Shown piece after piece: positions 11,601 to 23,002 of a stretch of 64,000 bases of DNA. This stretch comes from Bdellovibrionales bacterium (GTDB lineage Bacteria > Bdellovibrionota > Bdellovibrionia > Bdellovibrionales > UBA1609), in contig CBDBIB010000001.1 in assembly GCA_965205945.1 (NCBI GenBank), forward strand, positions 480,001 through 544,000, read 5' to 3'. Each line of letters opens with the position of its first letter. The first letter of the stretch is position 1. Position numbers and translations under genes: made by a program. The notes beneath the pieces were generated by a model. It saw nothing but the letters and a program-made list of their open reading frames with translations, was not told the DNA's origin and ran no database searches.

Positions 11601-12405
11601 TACTACTCCCCCCCGCTGCTGATTTTAACATAGCTCGTCTTTGTAACTCTAAGTATGGACCAAAGCCCTCTTTGCCAAACCAATACTTTAAAAGACCTGT
11701 AACACCATTACTTGTAATAGTGGCTCCTGAAAGACCATCAATTTTATAAGCAAATTTTGGATCTGCACTGTCCACTAAACCTTTAACTACTTTTAAGCTT
11801 ACATTAAAATTTTCATCATAAAGTCTTTTTCCTACCCACTTTGCCTTCCAATTTGGATTATCAATTTCAGCACCTAGGCCTGGAGTTTCTCCATGACTAT
11901 AAAACCCAATGCCCTTAACAGTATCAAAATCCACATCTAAAGCTAAAAACCCATACATTGTAGACCATAAACCTTTTCCATGAACGGGAAGAATAAGCAT
12001 TTTTATAACATCATCGGCCATATATTTATAAACAAATGCATATTTAGAAGCCCTCTTAATCCGAGCAGTGTCTTTATTTGAATCAATAAGTTTACCCATA
12101 TCATGAGTCTTACTTGCTTTTTTTTGATCAAAAGTCTTTGGGTCTATATCCACGGCTTTTTCACCCGTTTTAAGATTTATAACTTCAGCTGTAATTGAGG
12201 AGTAAGCAGCTTTAATCTCATCTTTTAAAGCTTTTGAATTTTTTAAAAGCCCTGAGGCTAACAAAAGATTTTTCTTAATATCCAGCGCTTTATTAATATC
12301 TTGCCTATCCTTAAGTAAAGCAACAGATATGGATACAAGTAACGAGCATACAACACATAAAACTACTGCAACAACTAACGTTTTTAAAACACTATCCTTT
12401 TGCAT
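11593..12405 (-). CDS. nqrC: Na+-NQR subunit C
   Basis: [21 protein letters not shown]-binding [10 protein letters not shown]. Confidence 0.98.
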   Translation of the reverse strand: MQKDSVLKTLVVAVVLCVVCSLLVSISVALLKDRQDINKALDIKKNLLLASGLLKNSKALKDEIKAAYSSITAEVINLKTGEKAVDIDPKTFDQKKASKTHDMGKLIDSNKDTARIKRASKYAFVYKYMADDVIKMLILPVHGKGLWSTMYGFLALDVDFDTVKGIGFYSHGETPGLGAEIDNPNWKAKWVGKRLYDENFNVSLKVVKGLVDSADPKFAYKIDGLSGATITSNGVTGLLKYWFGKEGFGPYLELQRRAMLKSAAGGSSNE

Positions 12406-13600
12406 ACTTTAACTTTCGTCTTTTAATATTTGAATTCACAACAAAGTAATCAATCAATGGTGCAAATACGTTACCAAATAAAATTGCTAACATTACACCT
12501 TCTGGAAATGCAGGATTTATAACTCTTACTAAAATAACCATAAAGCCAATAAGAACACCATAAAAAAACTGACCTTTAAAAGTCATGGCAGAACTAACAG
12601 GGTCTGTGGCCATAAAAACTGTGCCAAATGCAAAACCGCCCACCACAAGATGCCACAAAGGAGACATAGCAAACATTAAATTAGTACTGCTTCCTATATA
12701 GTTAAATAGTGCTGCAAAAGCTACAGTCGACACCACCATTGAAAAGATTATTCTCCATGAACCAATTCCTGTAAAAATTAAAAGACCTGCACCTAACAAA
12801 CAAGCTAGGGTTGATGTTTCCCCCATTGATCCTGGAATTAAACCTATAAAAGCATCCATCCAAGAATAAGTTATTGAGGCCATCCCGTCTAAAGCTACTT
12901 GGCCTAAGATTGTAGCCCCTGTAAAACCATCTACTGGAGTCCACACCATATTTCCAGAAATTTGAGCCGGATATGCAAAGAATAAAAAAGCTCTTCCAGT
13001 TAACGCTGGGTTTAAGAAGTTCTTCCCTGTTCCACCAAAAATTTCCTTAGCAATGACAACACCAAAGGTGATACCTACAGCAACCTGCCACAAAGGAATT
13101 GAGGCAGGTAAAGTTAAAGGAAAAAGCAAACCTGTTACTAAAAACCCCTCATTAATCTCATGCCCTCTAATAGAGGCAAAGACGCCTTCCCATAAACCAC
13201 CCACTAAATTGGTCACTAAAAATATGGGTATAAAAAATAAAGCCCCTAAAGCAAAGCAAGATAAAAAATTTGATGAATCTAGAACAAAACCCAGAGCATG
13301 AAAGATTTCGCCCCTCACTCCTGCAACTTGATTAAGCCCCATTGATGTTACAGCTAATTGAGCCTGATAACCTGTATTATACATCGCCATGATAATACAA
13401 GGCATAAGAGCTATTGCTACAGTTACCATTGTTCTTTTAAGATCCATGCCATCTCTTACATGAACTCTTCCTGTGGTAGTTTCACCTGGAGTATACAAAA
13501 ACGTATCAATAGCCTCATATAAAGGATAAAAAATCTTTAACTTTCCATCACCTACAAAGTGTTTATGTTGAGAGTCTAAAAAATTACGTAATACTTTCAT
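12392..13600 (-). CDS. nqrB: Na+-NQR subunit B
   Basis: [38 protein letters not shown] site. Confidence 0.98.
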   Translation of the reverse strand: MKVLRNFLDSQHKHFVGDGKLKIFYPLYEAIDTFLYTPGETTTGRVHVRDGMDLKRTMVTVAIALMPCIIMAMYNTGYQAQLAVTSMGLNQVAGVRGEIFHALGFVLDSSNFLSCFALGALFFIPIFLVTNLVGGLWEGVFASIRGHEINEGFLVTGLLFPLTLPASIPLWQVAVGITFGVVIAKEIFGGTGKNFLNPALTGRAFLFFAYPAQISGNMVWTPVDGFTGATILGQVALDGMASITYSWMDAFIGLIPGSMGETSTLACLLGAGLLIFTGIGSWRIIFSMVVSTVAFAALFNYIGSSTNLMFAMSPLWHLVVGGFAFGTVFMATDPVSSAMTFKGQFFYGVLIGFMVILVRVINPAFPEGVMLAILFGNVFAPLIDYFVVNSNIKRRKLKYAKG

Positions 13601-13606
13601 TTTTAA

Positions 13607-14950
13607 TTATCCCTCTACCTCTATTATATTTAAATTCTTTCTAAGCATAAGTCCAAAATCTACTTTCCCAGGAGATGCAAATGTAAGAAGAGCCATGTCT
13701 TCTTCTGTAAGTTCTAAGCAGCCTAAATCCTGTGCTTGATTCGTATCATTTGATGCTAAGGCTCTTAAAAGCTGAGTTGGTAAAATATCAAGTGGCATAA
13801 CTTTTTCAAATGCGCCCGTTGGAACCATAGCTCTAACGGAGCCATGAGTAGACGAGCCTAGATTAAAAACTTTTCCTGGAATAAATTTTGATAAAAATGT
13901 ATTTCTAATTGAAAACTTATTAAAACCTGGTGAATGCCAACCTAAAAATTCTCTTTTATCGTCTTCTTTAATTAAGGTAATTTGATTAGAATAAGCCCCT
14001 AAGTAATCAAAAGCACCTTCTGCTTTGTGACCATTAAACACCGAACCTGAAATTGCTCTTAAAGCTCTACCCTCTTTAGCTTCTCCACTTATAAGTTCTG
14101 ATATTTGAGCCCCTTTTCTAACTTTTAAATACCTTGGATTAGAAGCCAAAGGACCACCGATTGTAATCATCTTATCAGTTAAAAGACTACCTGTAAGAAT
14201 AAGTCTACCTACAGCTATGACATCTTGATAACCTATGTGCCAAACAAGTCTAGTTGGGTTTACAGGATTAATAAAATGAATATGAGTTCCTGGGTTTCCA
14301 GCTGGATGAGGCCCGGAAAACTCAGCAATATCTGTACCATACCCTTTAAGATTTGAACCAACAGATTTACAAAAATAAGTTTTATTTTTTGAAAGCTTAG
14401 ATAAAGCCTGAATACCAGCTTTAAATTCATCTTGGAATTGACCAACTACAAATTCTGGTTTTGGAGCTAATGGGTTTGTATCTATTACTGTAATAAAAAG
14501 TGATTCAGGCTTAGCTGCCACATCTGCTACTTTACCAAAGGGCCTTTGAATTAAACCTTTCCACTCACCGGATTCAATTAATAACTTTGTGATCTCTTCA
14601 CTTGTATAGTCTTTTACAGGTTTAGAAATATAAGTTTTAAAAGACACAGCTTCTTCTTGTTTTGAGAGTTGAATTTCTACTGATTGAAACAAGCGCCTAT
14701 CACCACGATTTATAGCCGTAACTTTACCTGCAGCTGGAGATGTAAAAACCAATCCAATATTTTTTTTACATGAAAAAAGAGGCTCGCCGATTCTAACATC
14801 ATCTCCTACCTGAACTTGCATAGTAGGCTTCATACCAATAAAATCAGAACCTATAATTGCAATTTTTTTAAATTCTTTACTTAAATCTAAGCTTTCTTGA
14901 GGTTCACCTGATATAGGCAGTTTTAAACCTTTTTTAATGCAAAATTTCAT
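13607..14950 (-). CDS. nqrA: Na+-NQR subunit A
   Basis: IKKGLKLPISGEP, GPHPAGNPGTHIH, PLDILPTQLLRAL; first gene of the nqr operon. Confidence 0.97.
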   Translation of the reverse strand: MKFCIKKGLKLPISGEPQESLDLSKEFKKIAIIGSDFIGMKPTMQVQVGDDVRIGEPLFSCKKNIGLVFTSPAAGKVTAINRGDRRLFQSVEIQLSKQEEAVSFKTYISKPVKDYTSEEITKLLIESGEWKGLIQRPFGKVADVAAKPESLFITVIDTNPLAPKPEFVVGQFQDEFKAGIQALSKLSKNKTYFCKSVGSNLKGYGTDIAEFSGPHPAGNPGTHIHFINPVNPTRLVWHIGYQDVIAVGRLILTGSLLTDKMITIGGPLASNPRYLKVRKGAQISELISGEAKEGRALRAISGSVFNGHKAEGAFDYLGAYSNQITLIKEDDKREFLGWHSPGFNKFSIRNTFLSKFIPGKVFNLGSSTHGSVRAMVPTGAFEKVMPLDILPTQLLRALASNDTNQAQDLGCLELTEEDMALLTFASPGKVDFGLMLRKNLNIIEVEG

Positions 14951-15333
14951 TAGCCTGCTTCCTAAGAGTTTTAACTAGTTATAAAAAAAATTAGTGGAAT
15001 CAAGGAATATAATCAATAAGAATTCATTTTAGAACCTTATATTGTATTTTTATTGTGCACTTTATTTGCTCACCGTAGTATCTGAGTTTTCTAATAATCC
15101 TAGTTTGAACTTTTTTAAAGGATTTAAGTTTTTAGGATAGGATTTTTTGTAAGAAAGTTTTATCTTAAGCACACAAGGCGTTAGAGTCTAAAAAAACTTT
15201 ATAGCGAATCTACTCTTGGGCACTTATAACATATTGTTTGCACCCCTTAAAACCTTTAATTCCTATTAAAACCTATAATAGCCGCTTGCTACAAGAATTT
15301 TAAAAAGTTTTAAATTCAAGTTAAAACAAAAAA

Positions 15334-15361
15334 TAAACCCTTTTTTAAACAAGAGGGTTTA
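15334..15361 (-). terminator. Rho-independent terminator of the AAA+/CUB gene
   Basis: Minus strand TAAACCCT...AGGGTTTA hairpin followed by a T-tract, ~45 bp after the stop at 15408. Confidence 0.7.
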
Positions 15362-15407
15362 CTTTAAAATTAAACTTTAAAAATATATTTAAGTAAGACT
15401 GTTTTTA

Positions 15408-17654
15408 TTATTTTAAATAAGCCCTAAAAGGAACTTTATCTCTGGGCCCTATTCTTCTTAAAAACTTATTATCATCAGTTAAAAACCCATGCCCATTATT
15501 ATTTCTAATGTCTGCTTCAAACTCTAAAGAAACTTCATCAACATTAATTGTAAACATTAAATTGTCCCCTGGGTTTTTAGTAAAATTAATCTCAGCTTGA
15601 TGATTATTCAAATTACCATACTCTAATTGAAATTCTGCAATTCCACCAATAATAATGTTTTCCATAAGCCTTTCAATGGGACGAGAGCCATAAAGTGGAC
15701 TTTGTCCATTTATAGCTATAAATTCTAAACTCTGAGCATCCATTGTTAGTGTCCAGCCAAAACGTTTTTTTACTTTACCTGCTTTTTTTAAATAAAGGGT
15801 ATTAGACATTTGTCTGTATTGATCTAAAGTAAATGGCCTAGAAATCACCACATCATTAAATCTATTTAAAAAGCTAAGTCTAAAAGTCTGTTGCAGCGCT
15901 TCATTTGCAAGTCTTTCTAGCTCTGGATGATTAGGGTTTTCAAGGATCACTTCATGGCCTGCGTTTGTTGTCATAAATATAAATGCTCCACGGGCAGAAA
16001 GGGGTCTTTGAAATTTATCATAGAACAATCCATCATCCATTAAAAAAAACAACTGATCTAAAATTGAAGGATTTGCTTTATCTATTTCTTCAAAAAGATA
16101 AATTGCAAAAGGATAAAGGGTTAAACTTCTTGCCATGGTTTCTACAAACCGTTCAAAACTTGCATCTGTTTGATACCCTGTCATGTCAAACGTTACAATT
16201 CTCATGTCTAAAGCACTTGCTGTTGATTTTGCCAAATGTGATTTTCCAGTTCCTGTAGGGCCTGCAAGAAGTAAATTTGCAACTGGTTTTTTAGTAGTTC
16301 TTCCTACAACATAACCAATTTTTGCCTCTCTTACCACAGCCTGACGACCTTGATCAGCACCAATGACATCTTCACTCAAATATTGCTCTAAATTTTTAAT
16401 TCTCTTAAATTTTTTATCTACAATCCACTCTGGAACTTGAATGAATGAAAAGACAGCATCTCTAACATTTTCAAAGCTCACCCTGTAAGGCTCAACTCTC
16501 TCTCCCTTAACCTGAGTGATTACAAACCCCTCAAACTGAGTCAAACTGTTACTGTTAAAAACCAACCTTAAGCTATTTGTTTTAAACATTTCAGATTCAA
16601 AGGCACCAAGCTCACCGGAATATCTTGCAAGTTCAACACCACTAACAGCATCATAGACTCTTAAAGTATCCAATACTCTTTCCGTATGAAAAGAATCAAA
16701 AACTATAGCTAGGCTGACCACTTCAGGCCTATTTATTATAAACTCTAAATTTGAATTTGGTTCATACTCATGAGGAGTCTCTACAGCTGACTCAAGAACA
16801 ATATCTGTACGAGTGGTTACGGTCTTAACTTTTCTAAGAAGAGATTTTAAAACATTCATTGTTCTTTCTGGTTCATTAATATTGGGCTGATAATGTTGTA
16901 AAGTATTAATTAAATATTTTCTATTGCTCTTTGACAATAAAACGTTAGGGTAAAGAACCTTTAAATAGGTTTTAACCATTTTTCTAACGTCATCTTCTAT
17001 AAGAGCCTCTAAGTTAATTTTTTCAGCAAAAGAGTTTACAACATAAGAATGCTCACTATTTCGAATACGCTCATATTCATACTTATTAACAAAGGCTACA
17101 GTCTTCATTCTACCTGCTAGTATATTGGCTGAATACTCTGTCTCTATTCCCGATGCATCGTTTGAATGAGAACCTATTCCAATTAAAGACCATAAACTTC
17201 TAAAATACAAAATAGCATCTTTCCCATCAACTGGGTTTAAAATACTCTCTAACCAATACTCATCAACTTCACCAACATACTTATGCCCAGCTTCAATCTT
17301 ATTAATATCCACTTCAATATGCCAATCTTTAACGCAACCTTTAGGCTTTTGCATTTGTGCAAGTCTTGCAAAAACATACCTATAAGCATCACTAGCTTCA
17401 CCTACTAATAAGACCGATCTATTCTGATCATCACTACAAAAAACATCAATCATTCTACTTACAACATCATCATAGATATTTAACTCCCCCATAACTTTAA
17501 TATAATTAGTCCAGGACTTATGTACTGGATACTGATTCGATCCAGGCCCAACTATATAACCAGACTTTAAAAGTTTTTTTAAATCTGGCTCTTCTTGCGC
17601 CACGGCAGAAAATACAAATATAGAACAAAGCAATACTTCCACTATTAATTTCAT
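15408..17654 (-). CDS. Exported ClpA/ClpB-derived AAA+ protein: dead D1, CUB insertion, D2 ATPase
   Basis: Sec signal (AVA|QEE). D1 alignable by eye to ClpB but with degenerate Walker A and B. CUB motif ETPHEY..FDSFHTERVLDTLRVYD..YSG..LRLVFNSN..FEGF. D2 GPTGTGKS, IYLFEEIDKA, MTTNAG, FLNRF, YGSRPIER. Confidence 0.85.
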   Translation of the reverse strand: MKLIVEVLLCSIFVFSAVAQEEPDLKKLLKSGYIVGPGSNQYPVHKSWTNYIKVMGELNIYDDVVSRMIDVFCSDDQNRSVLLVGEASDAYRYVFARLAQMQKPKGCVKDWHIEVDINKIEAGHKYVGEVDEYWLESILNPVDGKDAILYFRSLWSLIGIGSHSNDASGIETEYSANILAGRMKTVAFVNKYEYERIRNSEHSYVVNSFAEKINLEALIEDDVRKMVKTYLKVLYPNVLLSKSNRKYLINTLQHYQPNINEPERTMNVLKSLLRKVKTVTTRTDIVLESAVETPHEYEPNSNLEFIINRPEVVSLAIVFDSFHTERVLDTLRVYDAVSGVELARYSGELGAFESEMFKTNSLRLVFNSNSLTQFEGFVITQVKGERVEPYRVSFENVRDAVFSFIQVPEWIVDKKFKRIKNLEQYLSEDVIGADQGRQAVVREAKIGYVVGRTTKKPVANLLLAGPTGTGKSHLAKSTASALDMRIVTFDMTGYQTDASFERFVETMARSLTLYPFAIYLFEEIDKANPSILDQLFFLMDDGLFYDKFQRPLSARGAFIFMTTNAGHEVILENPNHPELERLANEALQQTFRLSFLNRFNDVVISRPFTLDQYRQMSNTLYLKKAGKVKKRFGWTLTMDAQSLEFIAINGQSPLYGSRPIERLMENIIIGGIAEFQLEYGNLNNHQAEINFTKNPGDNLMFTINVDEVSLEFEADIRNNNGHGFLTDDNKFLRRIGPRDKVPFRAYLK

Positions 17655-17952
17655 CTACGCCCCCTTTTATTTATGAAATAGTTTATACTAAATGCTATCC
17701 CAAACTAATAGCCAAGTAAAGCCTGCAAACCATCATTATTTTAATTAGCTCTAAAAAGGTTAACTTAATTAGCTATCAACGGTATTCTTATATTATAAAG
17801 CTTTTTCTACGCAGTTTTAATAACCATTTTTTATAAAGAGCTATATTTTAAAGAAATCTATAACTTAACAATACATTATCTCTTCATCTAAAGGTTTCAT
17901 TATTTCTACATGTTTATTGATAAGTTTAATGAAATTTTCTCTAAGTACCCTT

Positions 17953-18032
17953 AGCAGTTTTTAACTTCTAACTTTGGATTTTAAAAATCTTAAGACTATA
18001 GTTTAAACAAAATAATTTACAGACTCTAAAAA
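17953..18032 (+). repeat. ~80-bp dispersed intergenic repeat, copy 1 (copy 2 at 62552-62630)
   Basis: tttttaacttctaactttggattttaaaaatcttaagactatagtttaaacaaaataatttacagactc aligns with copy 2 with a few substitutions and indels. Confidence 0.8.
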
Positions 18033-18036
18033 CAGT

Positions 18037-21000
18037 TTAACCATATCCACCAGCAGTTGGTGTTTTAATAGTTACAGCTTCACCCGCTTTTAATTTTGCG
18101 TGCGCACACCCAGGTAGCACTTCAATCTTACCGTTAAGCCTACGTATAAAAGCCCGGCCTACTTCACCAAAACCGCCTCCATATAATCCTTCTGGTGGGC
18201 GTTGACGGTGAGATGATAATATTGTCATTTCCATACTTTCTAAAAAACGAATGGTTCTCTCTGTTCCATCACCTGCAGACCACTTTCCTGACCCACCGGA
18301 GCCCTTTCTAATAAAGAAATTCTCTAATAAAACAGGGTACTTAAATTCTAATATTTCTGGATCAGTCATACTAGAATTAGTCATATGAACCTGGACTGCG
18401 TCCGTCCCATTAAACCCCTTCCCTGCAGGTGAGCCAGAGCAAATCGTTTCATAATATTGATAAACCTCATTTCCAAAGGTGAAGTTATTCATAGTTCCTT
18501 GTGAGTTTGCCATAGCCCCGAGGGCACCAAACAGTGTATTTGTAATATGTTGTGATGTTTCAACATTACCTGCCACAACAGCCGCTGGATAACTTGGTTT
18601 TAACATACAGCCCTGAGGTATAATAATGTTAATAGGGCGCAAACACCCTGCATTAATGGGAATACTTCCTTCTACCATCATACGGAATGCATATAAAACT
18701 GCTGCACGTGTTACAGGTTCAGGTGCGTTAAAATTATTCTTTTGCTCCTTAGTTGTACCTGTGAAATCTACAATCGCAGTGCGATTTTCCTTATTTACTA
18801 AAATCTGAACTTTAATAATAGCCCCTTGATCTGTTTTATATGAATAACAACTGTTATGCAGCACGCTGATAACACGACGTACACTTTCTTCAGCGTTATC
18901 TTGAACATACTCCATATAAGATTGAACAACACATAAACCAAATTGATCTATCATTTTGTGCAACTCTCCAATGCCCATTTTATTTGCTGCAACTTGTGCT
19001 TTTAAATCCGCAATGTTTTGCATAGGATTTCGGCATGGGAATGGATGATCTGTTAACAATTTATAAAGCGCATTTTCTTGAAAAACACCTTTACTCACTA
19101 TTCGAAAGTTATCGATTAAAATACCTTCTTCATCTACCGTTGTTGCTAAAGGGGTCATTGACCCTGGAGTTGTTCCTCCTACATCTGCATGGTGCCCACG
19201 TGAAGCTGTATAAAAAAGTATTTCTTTTTTTGTATCATTAAAAACAGGAGTAACAACGGTAATATCCGGCAAATGCGTTCCACCATTATAAGGTGCATTT
19301 AATGCAAAAACATCCCCTGGATAAATGTCACCTTTATTAAGGTTTAAGATGACTTCAACGGATCGGTCCATTGATCCTAAATGAATGGGCATATGCGGAG
19401 CATTGGCTACTAGTGAACCATTAGCAGTAAAAACGGCACAAGAAAAATCTAAACGCTCTTTGATGTTTATAGAATGTGCCGTTTTTTGCAAAACAACACC
19501 CATTTGTTCAGCAATAGACATAAATAAATTATTAAATACTTCTAAAAGAATAGGATCGGCTTTCGTCCCCATAGCGTATTTAGTTTTCTTAGCTTTAATA
19601 CGCTCTAACACAATATCATTTTGTTTAGTCACCGTAGCTTGCCAGCCTGGTTCAATGACAATTGTTTGATGCGGCTCCACAATCAATGCTGGCCCGTTAA
19701 TCTTTAAACCAGATTTAAATGCTTTACGTGTCTTATAAATATTTGCTTTATGCCACTCACCATTAGTGTAAATCAACGTAGTCTCATCGCTATTTAGTTT
19801 ATCCTTAGCATCTAATAGATTCATTGTTTGAATTCCAGCACTGCCTCCAAAACTTTCAATGTGAACAGATTCAACAAAGATTTTTTTATTTTCAAAGGCA
19901 AATCCAAATCGTTTTTTGTGAAGTTTGATAAAATCAGATCTCATTTGGTTAATTCTAGATATACTTATAGATAACGTTGTATCTGCCCCATCATAGCGTA
20001 AGTCTAACCATTTAACAGTTTGTATATCCATAACTCCTTGCTTAATTAAATCTTTCTCATTCTCATCTTTAAAGGCGTCTAGAATAGATTCAATATCAAC
20101 TAAAAGTGCTTGATTTAAAAGTTTAGCAACGGATGCAAAGCGTGATGCGCGGATATCTGCAAGACCCATTCCATAAGCAGATAAAACTCCAGAGTAAGAG
20201 TGTATATAAATAGTTTTTATGGCTAGCTTATCTGCAACTAAGCAAGCGTGTTGACCACCGGCACCACCAAAACATGTTAATGTATAATCAGACACATCGT
20301 AACCACGTTGAACAGATATTTTTTTAATTGCATTGGCCATATTTTCAACGGCAATACTTAAAAAACCTTCAGCCACATGATAGATATTTTTTTCATTACC
20401 GATTTTTTTTACCAATTCTTTAAATTTTTCTTTAACAATATGAGCATCCAAATATTGATCTTGGTTGGGGCCAAAAATCTTTGGAAAATTTTCCGGCTTT
20501 AATTTACCCAGCATAACATTGGCATCTGTAAGTGTTAGAGGACCTCCACGAAGATAACTTGCAGGACCCGGATTTGCACCTGCACTGTCTGGGCCTACTG
20601 AAAACTTTGACCCATCGTAATGTAGAATAGACCCCCCGCCTGCAGCAACCGTATGAATATTCATCATAGGCGCACGTACGCGAACACCTGCAACTTCAGT
20701 TTCAAAAGATCGCTCAAATACTCCACTATAATGAGAAACATCTGTAGATGTGCCCCCCATATCAAAGGCAATAATTTTATTAAACCCTGCTAATTTGCTA
20801 GTTTTTACTGCCCCCACAACACCGCCAGCAGGACCAGACAAAATAGCGTCTTTACCTTTAAAACGATCTGCAGATGTTAACCCCCCGTTTGACATCATGA
20901 ACATAAGTTTTGTTCCAGCACGCTCTAGTCCATCAAGCTCATGAGCAACCTGTGCTACATAACGCGATAAAATAGGAGTAAGATAAGCATCCACAACTGT

Positions 21001-21630
21001 CGTATCACCACGCCCAACAAACTTCATTAAAGGAGAGACTTTATGACTAACAGATATTTGTGTGAAACCGATTTCTACGGCAATTTTTTCTGCTAACAAT
21101 TCGTGATCTGGATAGGCATAAGCATGCATAAAAACAATTGCAATAGATCTATGACCTGCTTGATATAATCCTAATAATGCAGTTTCAACTTCACTTATGT
21201 CTAAAGGTTTTTCAATGGTTCCTTCTGCGCGCATGCGCTCATTTATTTCAATAACATTAGAATATAGTTGTTCTAGTTTTTTTATTTCTTTTGCAAATAT
21301 CTCTTTACGAGCCTGATAACCAATTAAAAGTGCATCACGAAAACCTTGAGTTATTAACAAGGCTGTTTTTTCACCTTTACGCTCTAACAGTGCATTAGTG
21401 GCAACAGTTGTACCCATTTTTATGGAGGCAATTTTTGACGCAGGAATAAGCTTGTTTTTTGCAATACCCATAAGATCTCGAATACCCTGGAGTACTGCGT
21501 CGTTATAGGCCTCCTGATTTTCAGATAAAAGCTTATGGATAAGAATATTACCTTTAGGCGTCTTTGCCACAATATCGGTAAAAGTGCCGCCCCGATCGAT
21601 CCAAAAGTCCCAATTCTTCATTTTTATCAC
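18037..21630 (-). CDS. 5-oxoprolinase (fused hydantoinase A/B, OplA-type)
   Basis: [76 protein letters not shown]. Confidence 0.95.
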   Translation of the reverse strand: MIKMKNWDFWIDRGGTFTDIVAKTPKGNILIHKLLSENQEAYNDAVLQGIRDLMGIAKNKLIPASKIASIKMGTTVATNALLERKGEKTALLITQGFRDALLIGYQARKEIFAKEIKKLEQLYSNVIEINERMRAEGTIEKPLDISEVETALLGLYQAGHRSIAIVFMHAYAYPDHELLAEKIAVEIGFTQISVSHKVSPLMKFVGRGDTTVVDAYLTPILSRYVAQVAHELDGLERAGTKLMFMMSNGGLTSADRFKGKDAILSGPAGGVVGAVKTSKLAGFNKIIAFDMGGTSTDVSHYSGVFERSFETEVAGVRVRAPMMNIHTVAAGGGSILHYDGSKFSVGPDSAGANPGPASYLRGGPLTLTDANVMLGKLKPENFPKIFGPNQDQYLDAHIVKEKFKELVKKIGNEKNIYHVAEGFLSIAVENMANAIKKISVQRGYDVSDYTLTCFGGAGGQHACLVADKLAIKTIYIHSYSGVLSAYGMGLADIRASRFASVAKLLNQALLVDIESILDAFKDENEKDLIKQGVMDIQTVKWLDLRYDGADTTLSISISRINQMRSDFIKLHKKRFGFAFENKKIFVESVHIESFGGSAGIQTMNLLDAKDKLNSDETTLIYTNGEWHKANIYKTRKAFKSGLKINGPALIVEPHQTIVIEPGWQATVTKQNDIVLERIKAKKTKYAMGTKADPILLEVFNNLFMSIAEQMGVVLQKTAHSINIKERLDFSCAVFTANGSLVANAPHMPIHLGSMDRSVEVILNLNKGDIYPGDVFALNAPYNGGTHLPDITVVTPVFNDTKKEILFYTASRGHHADVGGTTPGSMTPLATTVDEEGILIDNFRIVSKGVFQENALYKLLTDHPFPCRNPMQNIADLKAQVAANKMGIGELHKMIDQFGLCVVQSYMEYVQDNAEESVRRVISVLHNSCYSYKTDQGAIIKVQILVNKENRTAIVDFTGTTKEQKNNFNAPEPVTRAAVLYAFRMMVEGSIPINAGCLRPINIIIPQGCMLKPSYPAAVVAGNVETSQHITNTLFGALGAMANSQGTMNNFTFGNEVYQYYETICSGSPAGKGFNGTDAVQVHMTNSSMTDPEILEFKYPVLLENFFIRKGSGGSGKWSAGDGTERTIRFLESMEMTILSSHRQRPPEGLYGGGFGEVGRAFIRRLNGKIEVLPGCAHAKLKAGEAVTIKTPTAGGYG

Positions 21631-22060
21631 CCTTTTTAATATAACTGTTAAAAATGAACAGCTTTAACAAAAAAGATCAATATCATTATTTAAGTATAAA
21701 TTACAGTTTAGAAAAAAATCTAGCAAAGATATCAAAAAAACTTTAGATGAAAGCTTAACATTTAAATTTAATGAATTTAATTTTTAAAAACACACATTCT
21801 AAGAAAAATTTGTGAAGATAAGAAAGTTTAAGATAAAAAAACTTAACGTGCCCATACCGAAAAAGCCCTTTAGTAATTACACCATCAATTCCCCTTAATA
21901 ATAACACTTATACAGTAAAATCTAAATCCCTAAAAATTCTATGAATAAGCCACCTACTTTAAAGGTATTATAAAAAGGCTAAATTTTTATAATAAATTTG
22001 AATAAATTTCAATTCTACCTTAGCTTGCTTTTAAGGCTTAGCAAGTGTTTAATACTCCTC

Positions 22061-22993
22061 ATGAATAATACACTTTGGTTTGATCAGTTTTACCTAGAAA
22101 ATTTTGCTTTTGTTGCGACTTTTTTAATTTGCTTAGGCCTTCCTCTTTTTATTTTTAGAAATTCAAAAACTCATATCCAAATTTCATGGGTCAGTGTTAA
22201 AAGCTGGCTATACATCTTACCTGTACTGTTTTTTTTCATAGGGCTCCCTCAACCAGGCCCCTTTATTTTTATGGTACTTGTAAGTATCTACTCTTCAAAA
22301 CGTTTTTTTCAAATGACAGGAATCTACCACAAAAGACTTTTTGTCTACGCCTGCTACATTGCTATTTTAACAAGTGGATTTTGTATTTATAATCATTATG
22401 ATATAGGGTTTTTCTGCTCCATCTTTGGACTTCTTTTAAGCTTAACAATTATTCCTATAGTAACAAACAAAACACAAAATATGATTCAATATATTAGCTT
22501 AACTTTTATTTGCTTTTGTCTTTTAGGGTGGAATCTTCTTTTCGCCTCTCGTATTTTTGAAATAGAAAAGGGCCTATATATTTTATTTTATCTTTACGTC
22601 CTAGCTGAATTTTCAGGGAACACGTCAAATGGTATAAACTTAATAATACCTAGTTCTTCTATTGCCTCAAACGTCACTCCTAAAGCAAAATGGATGGGCT
22701 TAATATTTTCTTTTATTTTAACGCTTTTTCTTGCTTGGGTTTTTAGAAGACTTCTTTTTGACACATCAGAAATCTACTGGATCAGTGCTGGAATGATTTC
22801 ATTTTTTGGAGCTCACTTTGGTGAATGGACTATCTCAAGCTTTAGAAAAGACCTAGGCTTAAAAGATCACGGGGTCTTTATCATTGGTCGAGGCGATTTA
22901 TTAAGCCGCTCTAATCGAATAATTTATGTTTATCCATTATTCACAATATTCTTATGGCTAAATAAAGATATCTCATTTTTTAGAGCCCTTTAG
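22061..22993 (+). CDS. Phosphatidate cytidylyltransferase-like (CdsA/YnbB family) membrane protein
   Basis: Polytopic protein; TPKAKWMG and FRKDLGLKDHG..GRGDLLSR resemble the CTP_transf_1 signature; upstream of a plsC-like gene. Start taken at ATG 22061 (ORF track starts at TTG 21998). Confidence 0.7.
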   Translation: MNNTLWFDQFYLENFAFVATFLICLGLPLFIFRNSKTHIQISWVSVKSWLYILPVLFFFIGLPQPGPFIFMVLVSIYSSKRFFQMTGIYHKRLFVYACYIAILTSGFCIYNHYDIGFFCSIFGLLLSLTIIPIVTNKTQNMIQYISLTFICFCLLGWNLLFASRIFEIEKGLYILFYLYVLAEFSGNTSNGINLIIPSSSIASNVTPKAKWMGLIFSFILTLFLAWVFRRLLFDTSEIYWISAGMISFFGAHFGEWTISSFRKDLGLKDHGVFIIGRGDLLSRSNRIIYVYPLFTIFLWLNKDISFFRAL

Positions 22994-23002
22994 GTTATAA
23001 AC

